From IMG/VR virus record IMGVR_UViG_3300046665_000434, positions 90,262 through 154,261 of that record: a stretch of 64,000 nucleotides of DNA. The stretch is one strand, 5' to 3'. Made by a program: the position numbers and the translations under genes. Under the pieces are notes generated by a model that did not search any database, was not told the origin of the DNA, and saw nothing but the letters and a program-made list of their open reading frames with translations. Below are positions 26,568 through 36,382 of the stretch, piece by piece (position 1 is the stretch's first letter; each line of letters starts with the position of its first letter). Origin of the DNA: a virus.

Positions 26568-26617
26568 GTCATGCCAAAAGTAATTGAACCGGGTAAGCGC
26601 TAGTTAATTACATCACC

Positions 26618-26631
26618 GACCGTAGGAGGTC
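26618..26631 (+). promoter_or_regulatory. SD-containing hairpin GACC-GTAGGA-GGTC
   Basis: Repeat motif. Confidence 0.7.
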
Positions 26632-26634
26632 ACT

Positions 26635-27015
26635 ATGAGTAGTAATGAAATCGTTATAGGTCGAGGTGGCATCACCCGACGTCAAAATGCCGTAATGGCG
26701 TATGAACTGTTCCTTACTGCGAAGCATCTGGAAGTAATGGAAGCTTTGCGGCCTCACTACAACGATAACTACGTCGACACCTTGATCTGTTCTGAGATCC
26801 TGTTGGAGTGGTTCGAGATCGTATCGTCGAATACGGCTGGATCTTTCGACGAGCTGTGGTGGGCATTTTACTACACTCGCATTGCGATGACCGATCCGAA
26901 GCTCGGCAACCTTTTAAGTGTTAGGGCGAGCGACTACTGTAATTTTACGGCTAAGGCTAGTGAGATCATGCGTTTCATCGCAAACCTTGACAACCGTATC
27001 TCTCAATACTGCTAA
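26635..27015 (+). CDS. Hypothetical protein
   Basis: ORF preceded by the SD hairpin. Confidence 0.75.
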   Translation: MSSNEIVIGRGGITRRQNAVMAYELFLTAKHLEVMEALRPHYNDNYVDTLICSEILLEWFEIVSSNTAGSFDELWWAFYYTRIAMTDPKLGNLLSVRASDYCNFTAKASEIMRFIANLDNRISQYC

Positions 27016-27020
27016 CCAAC

Positions 27021-27033
27021 GACCGAGGAGGTC
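27021..27033 (+). promoter_or_regulatory. SD-containing hairpin GACC-GAGGA-GGTC
   Basis: Repeat motif. Confidence 0.7.
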
Positions 27034-27036
27034 ACT

Positions 27037-28014
27037 ATGAACCGTCATGCCAGTAAGTTTGATCATGTACCGTATCCCGAAGTCAGTCCGTTTACTAAGG
27101 AACATGTCGTCGCAGGATTCCTTCCTGGAACTCGTCCAGTCGTTTTGGAAAGCCAACTCGCCGGCGGTGTTCTGAAGATCACCTACACTGGGCTGTTCGA
27201 TCTTTACCGTAAACACATCGCTTCGACCATCATGCGCCACCGCGGCACAAGTATCACGCCAAGTGATAAACTGGTAGATTCGATGCGACTTCTGAAACCA
27301 GCCATGGAGCCGGTGCTGATCTACATGTTGCAATGCTGGTCGCCAATTGTTAAAGGTAGTTTCGAACCATTGGGACGCTTCGCCTACGAAATCATTGATG
27401 AGCCTTACGACGTGAAGGCGAACATTGAAAAGGCAGTGGGGTATGCTGAGGAGCTGTATGCGCTGGCTCAGGCCATGGAAGATCCAACGATCATGGAACA
27501 AGCTGCGCTGAGCGGGGTGACGTTTGATGAGTTCCGTGCTTCGGTGACAGCGGCAGCCAAGAAAGCTCATGGCTACAAATGGAAAGAAGGGGTTCCGATT
27601 ACGCAGGGGCAGAGCGATAACGATACCCCAACGACTCCGTTCAAGTCTAAGCTCGCCGGACTGGGAGAACTGAATCCTGGCCTCGACGACTCCCTCACAC
27701 GCCTGATGTCAAAAGAACAGAAGATCGGCATTAGTCTTACTAACCTGCGCACGGTCTACGAGTGTCTTGATGACCTCTCGGGCGTTGACGATGCGTCCGG
27801 TATCAACATCACCTATCCGATTGCAGGCGGCGAGTCTGTTACCAAGTGGGTGCCGTTCGACACGCTGGCAGATGTGTTTGCCGAACCTCTGGGAATGCGG
27901 TCCATCAAGATGATCCTGAGTATCAATCCTGAACTTCGGAACATGGCCATCGTTTCCGTAGCGTCTCGGATCACCACCATGTTTGCCGAGGCTGTAAAGA
28001 GAGGCGAGATGTAA
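27037..28014 (+). CDS. Hypothetical protein
   Basis: 325-aa ORF preceded by the SD hairpin. Confidence 0.8.
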   Translation: MNRHASKFDHVPYPEVSPFTKEHVVAGFLPGTRPVVLESQLAGGVLKITYTGLFDLYRKHIASTIMRHRGTSITPSDKLVDSMRLLKPAMEPVLIYMLQCWSPIVKGSFEPLGRFAYEIIDEPYDVKANIEKAVGYAEELYALAQAMEDPTIMEQAALSGVTFDEFRASVTAAAKKAHGYKWKEGVPITQGQSDNDTPTTPFKSKLAGLGELNPGLDDSLTRLMSKEQKIGISLTNLRTVYECLDDLSGVDDASGINITYPIAGGESVTKWVPFDTLADVFAEPLGMRSIKMILSINPELRNMAIVSVASRITTMFAEAVKRGEM

Positions 28015-28047
28015 TCTCGCTAACCCCACACCCACTAGGAAACTGAA

Positions 28048-28374
28048 ATGAAGAGTTACGATCTGAACGAAATCGAAGAAGCCATCAAGCTCAACTCTGC
28101 CCGGACTGTTCCACCAGTAACGCGTATTGTTGATGATGCGCCCCGCCCGGTGCGCTGGTACACTCGTGAAGAACCTCGCGGTACTGTCAGCCGTCCTTCT
28201 AAGGAACGGGTGAACGAGATCGTCATCGAGCGTCATCTGATCGAACTGGTCGATTACAGCAATGCCGGTGGTGACCATGTCTGCTTCGGCATCAAGGAGG
28301 GTACTGCATATCGCAAGATCCACCTCGATACTGAAACTGGTGACCTGCACGTTGGTCTTGATCTGATCTTCTGA
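28048..28374 (+). CDS. Hypothetical protein
   Basis: AGGA SD; ends just before a terminator. Confidence 0.7.
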   Translation: MKSYDLNEIEEAIKLNSARTVPPVTRIVDDAPRPVRWYTREEPRGTVSRPSKERVNEIVIERHLIELVDYSNAGGDHVCFGIKEGTAYRKIHLDTETGDLHVGLDLIF

Positions 28375-28378
28375 TCAG

Positions 28379-28433
28379 TGCGGCATACAGCTGGGGCGTG
28401 AGCCCCAGCTGTAGCTTCTTCTTTTTTTTGTCT
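28379..28433. terminator. Bidirectional terminator; exact 55-bp copy at 51895-51949
   Basis: TACAGCTGGGGC-GTGA-GCCCCAGCTGTA plus T8. Confidence 0.85.
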
Positions 28434-28777
28434 TAGCCACGAACAATTTGAAGTGTCGTCGAGAAGTTCTCATGCGATAAGTGGGTGAAGATGCCGTTCT
28501 CCAGCCCTGCTGCGAAATCTTCGCCTGACCGGTAGTGGAGTCTTCCACACTGGAATCGCATCAACCACCCGCCTACTTCAACATCGTAGATATCATGCCA
28601 GACTCCGGCTACATACACACACCGCCCATCACTTAACACAAGGATCAGCGGCACTTTACCCTGCTTGTCAAATATGCGGTAGTGGTTAGTCGACCACGAA
28701 CACTCGAAGATCGTAGTTACCGTAGGGGCGTACTGTTTGATCTCTACGATCTCAAAAGCCTTTATCACTTCACGCAT
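28433..28777 (-). CDS. Hypothetical protein
   Basis: GAGGT SD; directly downstream of the DnaB-like gene. Confidence 0.7.
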   Translation of the reverse strand: MREVIKAFEIVEIKQYAPTVTTIFECSWSTNHYRIFDKQGKVPLILVLSDGRCVYVAGVWHDIYDVEVGGWLMRFQCGRLHYRSGEDFAAGLENGIFTHLSHENFSTTLQIVRG

Positions 28778-28787
28778 GAGTTACCTC

Positions 28788-30332
28788 TTAGTCGAAGTCA
28801 GTCCAATCCTGACCAGGTTCACCGGCTGTGAGTCGGCCACCTACCTTCTTAAAGGAAGTGTCTTCTTCAAGATCGATATCCCACTTCACGCCCATCATCG
28901 GGTGAGGTAGGAACTTGACAGCGAAGTATTTATCCTCTTCTGCTGTACTGCCCATCTTCCGGTGTTTCTCCCACTGGTACTCGAGATATGCAAATCCGTT
29001 ATGCATGGTCTTGGCAATCAGCTTGGCAAAGTCAAACTCTGTCTCAAGCTTCTTACAGCTCTCGTAGTACCCGCCGCCAGGGAGGCGTTTAATGTAGTCG
29101 GGATAGTTACGTGCCAGCTCTTTTGCCTGAGTAGAGAGTTGGTGTACGCCATAGACCGCAATGTTGTTAGGCGAGGTGTAGCGACGAATGATCCGTACGA
29201 CGAGCTGTGCTTCTTCACCAGCCACAGACGCGACGATATCAGACTTATCCATCAGGTGAGGGTAGTCGATGCCCAGAGAGAAGATCTCGAAACCTTCTTT
29301 CTTGATCTCTTCCAGATCAGCAATCAGATCAAATGGAGATGCGCCAGTGGTGTAGTCGAGGATGCGAACGTTCCAACCGTTCTCGGTCAGACGCTTACTG
29401 ACATACGACGCCATCTCATCAGCAGGGACACCCTTCGTTTTGATGGGCATCTCGTACTTGGTTTCGTGCTGCTTCAAGCCGACATACAGCTTCTGGAGGA
29501 TCAGCTCAGGCTTATCTTCCAGTGTGGCCAGGACGTGCATCGGCTTCTTGGTCTTATCAATCAGTGTAGGACTGTTGAAGATACACATGGCCATGAAGTC
29601 ATCGAGCAGATCACCAGATTTGTTATTGCCTGGCAACGCACTGGTATTGCCCCACTCGCCTCGGCGTACACCGTACTGTTCCCCGTACATCCTGTTCTTG
29701 GCTTTCAGGCCCAGTTTCAGAATGCTGTTAGGATCGATGGCAGCCTGGGCCATCTCGTACGCTTGGGTGATGTTTTCAATGTCATTGAAGTCAAGGCTAC
29801 GTACCGCAGTAACTGCACGACGTTTACCTGCCAGAGGGAGTTCCTGGAGTTTCAGGATGAGCTCATCCCGCCACTTGCTCAGGTTCTCGATCTTGTCCCT
29901 GTTGAAGCCTACCCGATGGCTGGCTTTCTTCAACGTGTCAAACAGTTCCTCAACGCCAATAAAGTCGTAGAGTTCGTGAGAGACTTCTTTCACTTTCTCG
30001 GCAGCCGCATCAGGATCATCGACTACCAGCAACGTTCTGCAAAAGAGATCATATAGGCGATCATTGTCCCCGCAGGCGAGACGTACTCGCACCATCATGT
30101 CGTTCAGATCGTACGGATGAGCAATACCTTTCTGCTTCATCCAGACCAAATGTCCACGCAGTCGCTGGATTGCGTTCTGCTCTCGGCCTGATCCATTGGG
30201 ATCATCGTTGACGACGATGTGCACTAACGCACGATCCAGCATGAACGTCAAAGCGTCCGCGTCGTGGTTAGGGATGTAGCTTGCGTAATAAACGGCACTA
30301 ATGGCCTTGGCTAACAGTAGCTTGATTTCCAT
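28788..30332 (-). CDS. dnaB: DnaB-like replicative helicase (phiKZ gp118-like)
   Basis: GVRRGE..ALPGNNKS (divergent Walker A), TLED, IDY, HQLS, KHR; next to the capsid gene as in phiKZ-like phages. Confidence 0.75.
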   Translation of the reverse strand: MEIKLLLAKAISAVYYASYIPNHDADALTFMLDRALVHIVVNDDPNGSGREQNAIQRLRGHLVWMKQKGIAHPYDLNDMMVRVRLACGDNDRLYDLFCRTLLVVDDPDAAAEKVKEVSHELYDFIGVEELFDTLKKASHRVGFNRDKIENLSKWRDELILKLQELPLAGKRRAVTAVRSLDFNDIENITQAYEMAQAAIDPNSILKLGLKAKNRMYGEQYGVRRGEWGNTSALPGNNKSGDLLDDFMAMCIFNSPTLIDKTKKPMHVLATLEDKPELILQKLYVGLKQHETKYEMPIKTKGVPADEMASYVSKRLTENGWNVRILDYTTGASPFDLIADLEEIKKEGFEIFSLGIDYPHLMDKSDIVASVAGEEAQLVVRIIRRYTSPNNIAVYGVHQLSTQAKELARNYPDYIKRLPGGGYYESCKKLETEFDFAKLIAKTMHNGFAYLEYQWEKHRKMGSTAEEDKYFAVKFLPHPMMGVKWDIDLEEDTSFKKVGGRLTAGEPGQDWTDFD

Positions 30333-30373
30333 ACCGCCTCACCGCAGGCATTGCTAGTTGATGGGTGCATCTA

Positions 30374-30898
30374 ATGAACAGACCTATTGAACTCAGGTTC
30401 ATTCCGAAATGGTTGGGTGGTGCAATCACTCATTATAAAACGGACTACAAAGACTTCGAAAGCATAGTATCGAGTCATGATGTGGATCTTTACCGCCTCG
30501 CTAACACGATGCTGAAAGCGGCTCTGTTTCGGCTGGGGATTCGTGACTTCGTGATGCCTGATGCACTGGTCTCGTTCAAATATTCTGAGGAGGATGCACT
30601 CTTCGCTTTGTTTGGCCCAAACGCCGGTGACAAGAAGATCGCTGAGTTTGCTTTGAGTAGTTTCTCCATTGTTCCTGATAAATATGACGGTATCATCATC
30701 GTCGAAAAGGACAACACTACTGGTAAGCAAGACTTCTTGCGTGAGTTGCTTAATGCCGTCGCCTTGTACCGCGGCAAGGAAGCAGCTTACTCGTCTGACT
30801 CTTTCAGACAGTTTCTTATCCGTATCGATACCAGTGCTGGTGAAAGTCACGCAGTTCATGAGAAGCTTGAACTCGAGAACGACACCGAAAAGAACTGA
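30374..30898 (+). CDS. Conserved protein upstream of the capsid gene (possibly virion)
   Basis: ORF between helicase and MCP; synteny. Confidence 0.65.
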   Translation: MNRPIELRFIPKWLGGAITHYKTDYKDFESIVSSHDVDLYRLANTMLKAALFRLGIRDFVMPDALVSFKYSEEDALFALFGPNAGDKKIAEFALSSFSIVPDKYDGIIIVEKDNTTGKQDFLRELLNAVALYRGKEAAYSSDSFRQFLIRIDTSAGESHAVHEKLELENDTEKN

Positions 30899-31073
30899 TT
30901 GATGATATGGAAATCTGTTATGCGCGTGCGCAGATAGATTTGATAGTTTTGTGAAGTAATACGCCTTGCTGGACAAGGGTTGCTAATTGTAGTCGACTAT
31001 AGTTAGACAGGCGTCAATCCTAAAATCGAAGCTTCGTATATTTAAGTTACCAAATTGCAATTTGGAGCAACAC

Positions 31074-33329
31074 ATGAGTCTCATTAAACTCAACAATGCC
31101 GGATCGAATTTCGAAGACAAGAAACTGTCTGCGCCGGCACTGCGTCAAGCTCTGGCCGATCCGGCTCAGAACTATACCACCGAATCCAACGACATGCTGA
31201 AGTGGCTGGAAGACGGTAGCTTCGAAGGCCGTGCTGACCTGAACGGCGCCGCCAAGACCCTGCAACAAATCCTGGAACCGGACCACGTCGGCAAGGCTGC
31301 CTATGGCAACCCGAACGGCATGAAGATGGCTTCGTTCGTTGCCTCCTTCGCCAACAACCTGCCTGCTCTTCTGCGCATGCAAACCTCGGTTGAAGCCAAA
31401 GGCCTGGCTGACGGCGTGCGTTACGCACCTGCCGACGGTTCGGACTTCGAATCCGAGTACTCGAAAGAGTCCTTCGACAACCAGGAACTGAACGACTTCT
31501 TCGCCGTCTCCATCGGCCTGAACTACAAAATCGCTCGCCAGGGTCCGGCGATGGAAATGGTGTACCGCACCATTCCTCTGACTCCTGAGCAAGGCGGTTT
31601 CGACATCGTCGTTCCGAACCTGTTCGTTGAAAACACCCTGCGCCACGAACTGGACGGTTCCGAGTCCGACTTCGGCTTCCGCCGCGTCATCGACTCCTCG
31701 ATCGACTACACCGTTCTGAACGACAACAGCACTCAGATCGTTCCGACCTACAACGACACCACCAAGGACAACTTCGTTTCGACGACTGTCCTGGCTCCGT
31801 TCGAATACGAAAACGGTCGTCGTAAGGTTCTGACCAGCGGTCTGAAACTGGGTCAAACCATCCAGATCTTCGGCCTGGGCCAAGCTGACAGCGTGCAACG
31901 CGTTGGCCAACCTGACTACACCGAAGCCCTGGACCGTAACATCGGTATCGCTACCGTCTTCGTTGCCCTGGGCGGCGAAACTGTCGGCTTCGACACCAAA
32001 GGTCTGCCATTCAGCCGCTACATCAAGATGCCAGAACAAGGCGGCCGTCAAATGTCGCTGAACTTCAACGTATCTTCGTTGGAGATCTCGCCGACCACCA
32101 AAGCGTGGGATGGCGATGCACTGACTGGCGCTACCTTCAAGCTGATCCAGGATGGCAAGTACACCGTCCGTCTGAAAACCCGTCTGAACGGTCAAGTTGA
32201 CGTTGAGCGCGGTACTATCGACGTGACTGCTACCAGCCTGACCGTGATGTACATCACCAACGAAGCCAAAGAGCGCATCCCACTGGACAGCGGCGTTGGT
32301 CAACAAATCGTTACCGGCCTGGCCGGTCTGGCGACAGTAGCCTGGTGGCCGGACGCTCGTCTGACCAACAGTAACCACCGTCACCTGGGTCTGATGCTGA
32401 ACGTCCGTACCGTTGCCGAGCGTCTGCTGACCCGTCAACGTTCGCCGTTCTTCGTTCCGTACCCGCTGAACGAAAACCGTGACCAGTCCGTAATGGATTG
32501 GCTGACTTTCGCGGTGAGCCAGTACATCAACAACGAAGGTGTTGGTACGCTGATCAACTACCACGAGCGCCTGATGCGTCTCACTGGTGGTCTGCGTGGC
32601 GACCTGACCGTCGGCGACTTCGAGATCAACGCCCTGCCTATCGAAGGTATCGGCCGTTACCTCGTCAACCCGTACGTCCAGGAAGTCGAGATCGACCTGC
32701 TGAACAACACCCAGTCGCAGAACACTGCCGACAACGTTGAAAACGGTATCGCGGTTCTGACCAACGCCCTGCGTTCGGTTGGCTTCGACATCCTGCAACG
32801 TACCAACTACGAAAACGCCGCCCGCTACATGGACGGTGGTGAAGTAGCCAACAAGTTCAAGTTCGGCCTGGTAACCAGCCCGATCATCGAACGCTTCCTG
32901 ACCATCACCGGTGACAGCCGTACCCTCGGCGCGAACCTGACTTACCAGCTGGAATCTGACGTCGACGCCCGTCTGACCGAAAGTCTCTACATGGTAATGA
33001 TCCGTGATGGCGACGGTGTTGACCCGCTGAACGCTGGCGCAATGCTGCTGACCCCAACGCTGGTATCGACCATCTCCGCGACCCGTGACAACCGTCCGGT
33101 CAACGAAGCAATCGTACAGCCGCGCTTCCAGCACTACAACTTCTGCCCGATCGTGGTGAAGTTCGTCGTGAAGGGCGTGCGTGAGCTCCTGGAGCAAACC
33201 ATTCCCTTTCGTGTCAAGGTCGAACCGGCTGATGTTGAAGACGGTGACACCGATCCAGGTACTGGGACTGGCACCGGTGGTACTGGGGCCGGCGCAGGTA
33301 ACATCGACTCCGGCGCCGGTGGCGCTTAA
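31074..33329 (+). CDS. Major capsid protein (phiKZ gp120-like)
   Basis: ~750 aa; strongest codon bias in the window; propeptide with SFE/SVE/SKE sites; C-terminal VQPRFQHYNFCPI; GGAG SD; own terminator. Confidence 0.85.
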   Translation: MSLIKLNNAGSNFEDKKLSAPALRQALADPAQNYTTESNDMLKWLEDGSFEGRADLNGAAKTLQQILEPDHVGKAAYGNPNGMKMASFVASFANNLPALLRMQTSVEAKGLADGVRYAPADGSDFESEYSKESFDNQELNDFFAVSIGLNYKIARQGPAMEMVYRTIPLTPEQGGFDIVVPNLFVENTLRHELDGSESDFGFRRVIDSSIDYTVLNDNSTQIVPTYNDTTKDNFVSTTVLAPFEYENGRRKVLTSGLKLGQTIQIFGLGQADSVQRVGQPDYTEALDRNIGIATVFVALGGETVGFDTKGLPFSRYIKMPEQGGRQMSLNFNVSSLEISPTTKAWDGDALTGATFKLIQDGKYTVRLKTRLNGQVDVERGTIDVTATSLTVMYITNEAKERIPLDSGVGQQIVTGLAGLATVAWWPDARLTNSNHRHLGLMLNVRTVAERLLTRQRSPFFVPYPLNENRDQSVMDWLTFAVSQYINNEGVGTLINYHERLMRLTGGLRGDLTVGDFEINALPIEGIGRYLVNPYVQEVEIDLLNNTQSQNTADNVENGIAVLTNALRSVGFDILQRTNYENAARYMDGGEVANKFKFGLVTSPIIERFLTITGDSRTLGANLTYQLESDVDARLTESLYMVMIRDGDGVDPLNAGAMLLTPTLVSTISATRDNRPVNEAIVQPRFQHYNFCPIVVKFVVKGVRELLEQTIPFRVKVEPADVEDGDTDPGTGTGTGGTGAGAGNIDSGAGGA

Positions 33330-33352
33330 CAGCTGATGTTGCTAGCTGAATA

Positions 33353-33384
33353 ACATACAGCGGGGCGTGAGCCCCGCTGTATGT
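33353..33384 (+). terminator. CATA..TATG hairpin terminator
   Basis: ACATACAGCGGGGC-GTGA-GCCCCGCTGTATGT. Confidence 0.8.
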
Positions 33385-33486
33385 CGTTAATGTAAGTAAA
33401 GAGATTACAACAATACATTATTAATTCTGACGAGGCGAAATACAAAGAGATGCTTGGAGCGTTGTACTTTTTAACTACGGGGATAT

Positions 33487-34608
33487 ATGAGTATGAATAG
33501 TGGAGATCGTACGCCCACTTTCACGAAGTACTCTGTGCTGACTAACATGCACGTCATGGAACTGGTAGATGGTCATGCGTGTTCATCGATGACTCAGTCT
33601 GTCAGGAACGTTAGTTCTCGCGAGGTGAGAATAAAGGATAGGTTTGGTGTGAACCAAATCCTCCACGCCTCGAAGAATGCTCGACCGCCGGAATATATCG
33701 ATATCTTCTTGCGTTGGGAAATGACGGAGCAGGCTTACAAAGACACATGCAGGGATTTCAGGAGACGTTACGGTTCTGGAGCACCAGTTACCGCAGCGCT
33801 ACTGGCTGCGTGGTACGATGGGGAAGCATTGAACCATCGACGCGATATGATGCGCACTTACGAGATCCAAGTGGAGATCGTGGTTGCGGATGTAATTGCC
33901 GCAGGCGGTACTGTTTATATCGAGGAACTCGATTTGACAGTCTGTGTCAACGGTGCAGATCGTCGCGAGGAGGAGCATCCTTTTAGTCCGAGCAATCGGG
34001 TAAGAAGGGGCTTAGCTAGCGAGATCCCGCACATGGGGGAGGAAACTTTCGTTATGTCTATTCGTGCAATTGACAACAGTTCGTTGAAGTCAAGGCACGA
34101 CAGGTTTCTGAAGATCGGTGATTTGGTTTACCATGTTCCGATTGAAAGAGACCACATGTGTGATAATGGCGTATACATCACAACGAGATATGACGCAGAT
34201 ACAAAGAACGCCACAGGGAGAACTCAAAGGGTGGTTACTCGCCGGATGGGTTTCGATGAAGCTGACAAACTGTTTCAGATGTACGATACAATCGAACAGG
34301 CCCGTGAAGGCCTGACCACGGAAGAGCTTCGTAAAGAAGAAATTCTAAGGCGACAGTATGAGCAGAAGATTGCTGATCTGGAGCGGCAAAATGAGAAACT
34401 CGAACGGGACCATGCGCATTGGCGTGAGCGGTCTACTCATGAACAGCAATCTAGCCGAGAGAAGGAGGAGAGGAATCAAAAACGTAACTCAGAGGAAAAT
34501 GTGCGGGAACAAACTCGCAGTTTCACGGAATGGATGAAACTTGTGGGTGGCTTTATGACTGCATTAGTGGGTATAGCCGCGACAGTCGCGAAATTGAAAC
34601 CTACTTAA
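33487..34608 (+). CDS. Conserved phiKZ-like protein with C-terminal coiled coil and hydrophobic tail
   Basis: Between MCP and the RNAP subunit; E/R/K-rich helix then WMKLVGGFMTALVGI. Confidence 0.75.
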   Translation: MSMNSGDRTPTFTKYSVLTNMHVMELVDGHACSSMTQSVRNVSSREVRIKDRFGVNQILHASKNARPPEYIDIFLRWEMTEQAYKDTCRDFRRRYGSGAPVTAALLAAWYDGEALNHRRDMMRTYEIQVEIVVADVIAAGGTVYIEELDLTVCVNGADRREEEHPFSPSNRVRRGLASEIPHMGEETFVMSIRAIDNSSLKSRHDRFLKIGDLVYHVPIERDHMCDNGVYITTRYDADTKNATGRTQRVVTRRMGFDEADKLFQMYDTIEQAREGLTTEELRKEEILRRQYEQKIADLERQNEKLERDHAHWRERSTHEQQSSREKEERNQKRNSEENVREQTRSFTEWMKLVGGFMTALVGIAATVAKLKPT

Positions 34609-34631
34609 CAACTAACTAGCAGGGCTGACAA

Positions 34632-36356
34632 ATGCCGGATATCGAACTGTTTTTAGAAGCTCAGGAGGATATGCCTGTTTTCTCTCAGGACATCCTGGAT
34701 GGCTTAGCCGTCAAGGGTCTCCTCTGGGCAAAAGAAGAGGTTGACACTCTCATCGAATGCGCTGAGAAGGCTTATCCCGAAGGCTTTGAGTTCGCAAGGT
34801 CTCGTATCTGTAGTCCAAAAGAAGCCATCATTGCGATGTCTTCGTTACTCTCCAAGTCCTCGGACCGTGATCCATCCATCGATCTGGCCCCAACGGATGT
34901 CTACTTGGTTGAGTATCAGTTCACGTTCAATGGCCAGGACCTGATCAAACGGTATCTTTTCTTGCCGTATGCTCGTACTGCCGGTTTGATGATGATTGCT
35001 GCAAAGTTCTTTTCCATCAGTCCGGTAGCTTCTGACCCTGGCTTGTCGATTGGACCTGATTATGTCTTCGTCAGGTTCAGCCGGGCACCCGTCACGTTTC
35101 GTCAAACATTGGCAACCCTCAACGTCAACGGTGAGGAAGTCTCTGAGTATCTCGCGTACTCGTGGTTGCACAACCGTGGCGGTGCCAACAACAAGACCAA
35201 TCAGAGCGACACTCTGGTAATTGGCGGCGCTTTGGCTACATTGCCGCACTATCTGTTTGCAAAATACGGTCTCGAAGAATCCTTCCGCAAGTTTGCGGGT
35301 ACGGAGTTTGAACTGACCAAGATTGATATTCCCTACGGCGGTGAAGAAAAAGACCGTTGGGAACTCACTCGCGAATGCCTGATGGCTCAGGGGTACGATC
35401 TGAGCTCGTGGACGGTGTATTCCTCCGCACACTACAAACCCACCGCGTTGAAGATGAAGACGCCTTACAAGGCTATCGCTACAAACGTGGTGATGTTGGT
35501 GCCAACGCGTAACGTGAGCAAACTGACATCTGCATTCGTCAGGGCGTTCTTTTACATGTTGGATCATTTCCCTGAACCTACATCAGGTATTAGCTTCGAA
35601 GAATACTTGGTGGAATTGCGGGGAGAAGAGCGGTGGAAGATCTGGATGGGATATATCCAATTCGGTGATCAGTATGGCGTTGGTAAGCTGACTGAAAACA
35701 TCAACCACCATTTAGCGAGTCTCGATCAGTACGTCGACATCGAGGCTCGTCGGATGTTCATGGAAGAAGAACGTCTGGATATCGACGATATCTATCAGTT
35801 GTTCTGCTACATCCTCAACAACATTGAGGAATTGATCAACAACAAGGAAGAAGATATCGGGACCATGTACGGTAAGCGGTTGCAGACTTCGCAGTATGTT
35901 CTTCGGGATATCACTGCATCGATCTTTCGTTGCTTGTTCGAGATTACCAACAACAAGAAGCGCAAGTTCGAGAAAGAGGACTACAACAAGACGCTCGGCA
36001 AGTACTTCATGCCGACTATCATTTTCAATCTGAGGAAAACCAGCCAGAAGCCTTTCATGTCGTCCGTCTCTACCCCAGGCGACAACATGTATCCAAAGAT
36101 CACTTCTCGGCTCGTTATGCAGGCGCAAACCAGTAGTGGCAGAAAGCCTTCTAACCTCAATGTGAATGATCCGACATCCTGGCTTCATGCCTCCATTGCT
36201 GAACTGGGTAACCATCTGGTACTGCCCAAGAACACGCCGCTGGGCCGCATGACGTTAAACCCTACGGCGAGGCTCGATGATAAGGGCACTACTCAGCGAA
36301 AAGAATCGATGGCACCCACAGTCGAGTATATCGGCGACGCCATTAGCCGCAATTAA
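34632..36356 (+). CDS. Non-virion RNA polymerase subunit, beta N-terminal part (phiKZ gp123-like)
   Basis: YLFLPYA..AGLMMI....SISPV and MYGKRL resemble conserved beta regions; size and position after the MCP. Confidence 0.7.
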   Translation: MPDIELFLEAQEDMPVFSQDILDGLAVKGLLWAKEEVDTLIECAEKAYPEGFEFARSRICSPKEAIIAMSSLLSKSSDRDPSIDLAPTDVYLVEYQFTFNGQDLIKRYLFLPYARTAGLMMIAAKFFSISPVASDPGLSIGPDYVFVRFSRAPVTFRQTLATLNVNGEEVSEYLAYSWLHNRGGANNKTNQSDTLVIGGALATLPHYLFAKYGLEESFRKFAGTEFELTKIDIPYGGEEKDRWELTRECLMAQGYDLSSWTVYSSAHYKPTALKMKTPYKAIATNVVMLVPTRNVSKLTSAFVRAFFYMLDHFPEPTSGISFEEYLVELRGEERWKIWMGYIQFGDQYGVGKLTENINHHLASLDQYVDIEARRMFMEEERLDIDDIYQLFCYILNNIEELINNKEEDIGTMYGKRLQTSQYVLRDITASIFRCLFEITNNKKRKFEKEDYNKTLGKYFMPTIIFNLRKTSQKPFMSSVSTPGDNMYPKITSRLVMQAQTSSGRKPSNLNVNDPTSWLHASIAELGNHLVLPKNTPLGRMTLNPTARLDDKGTTQRKESMAPTVEYIGDAISRN

Positions 36357-36382
36357 AAACCCGCGCAACTTAGGAGTGTGTA

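Noticed and set aside
31047-33197. 716-aa antisense ORF over the capsid gene
   Set aside because: In-register shadow of a strongly codon-biased gene; no motifs, and the composition is typical of antisense frames
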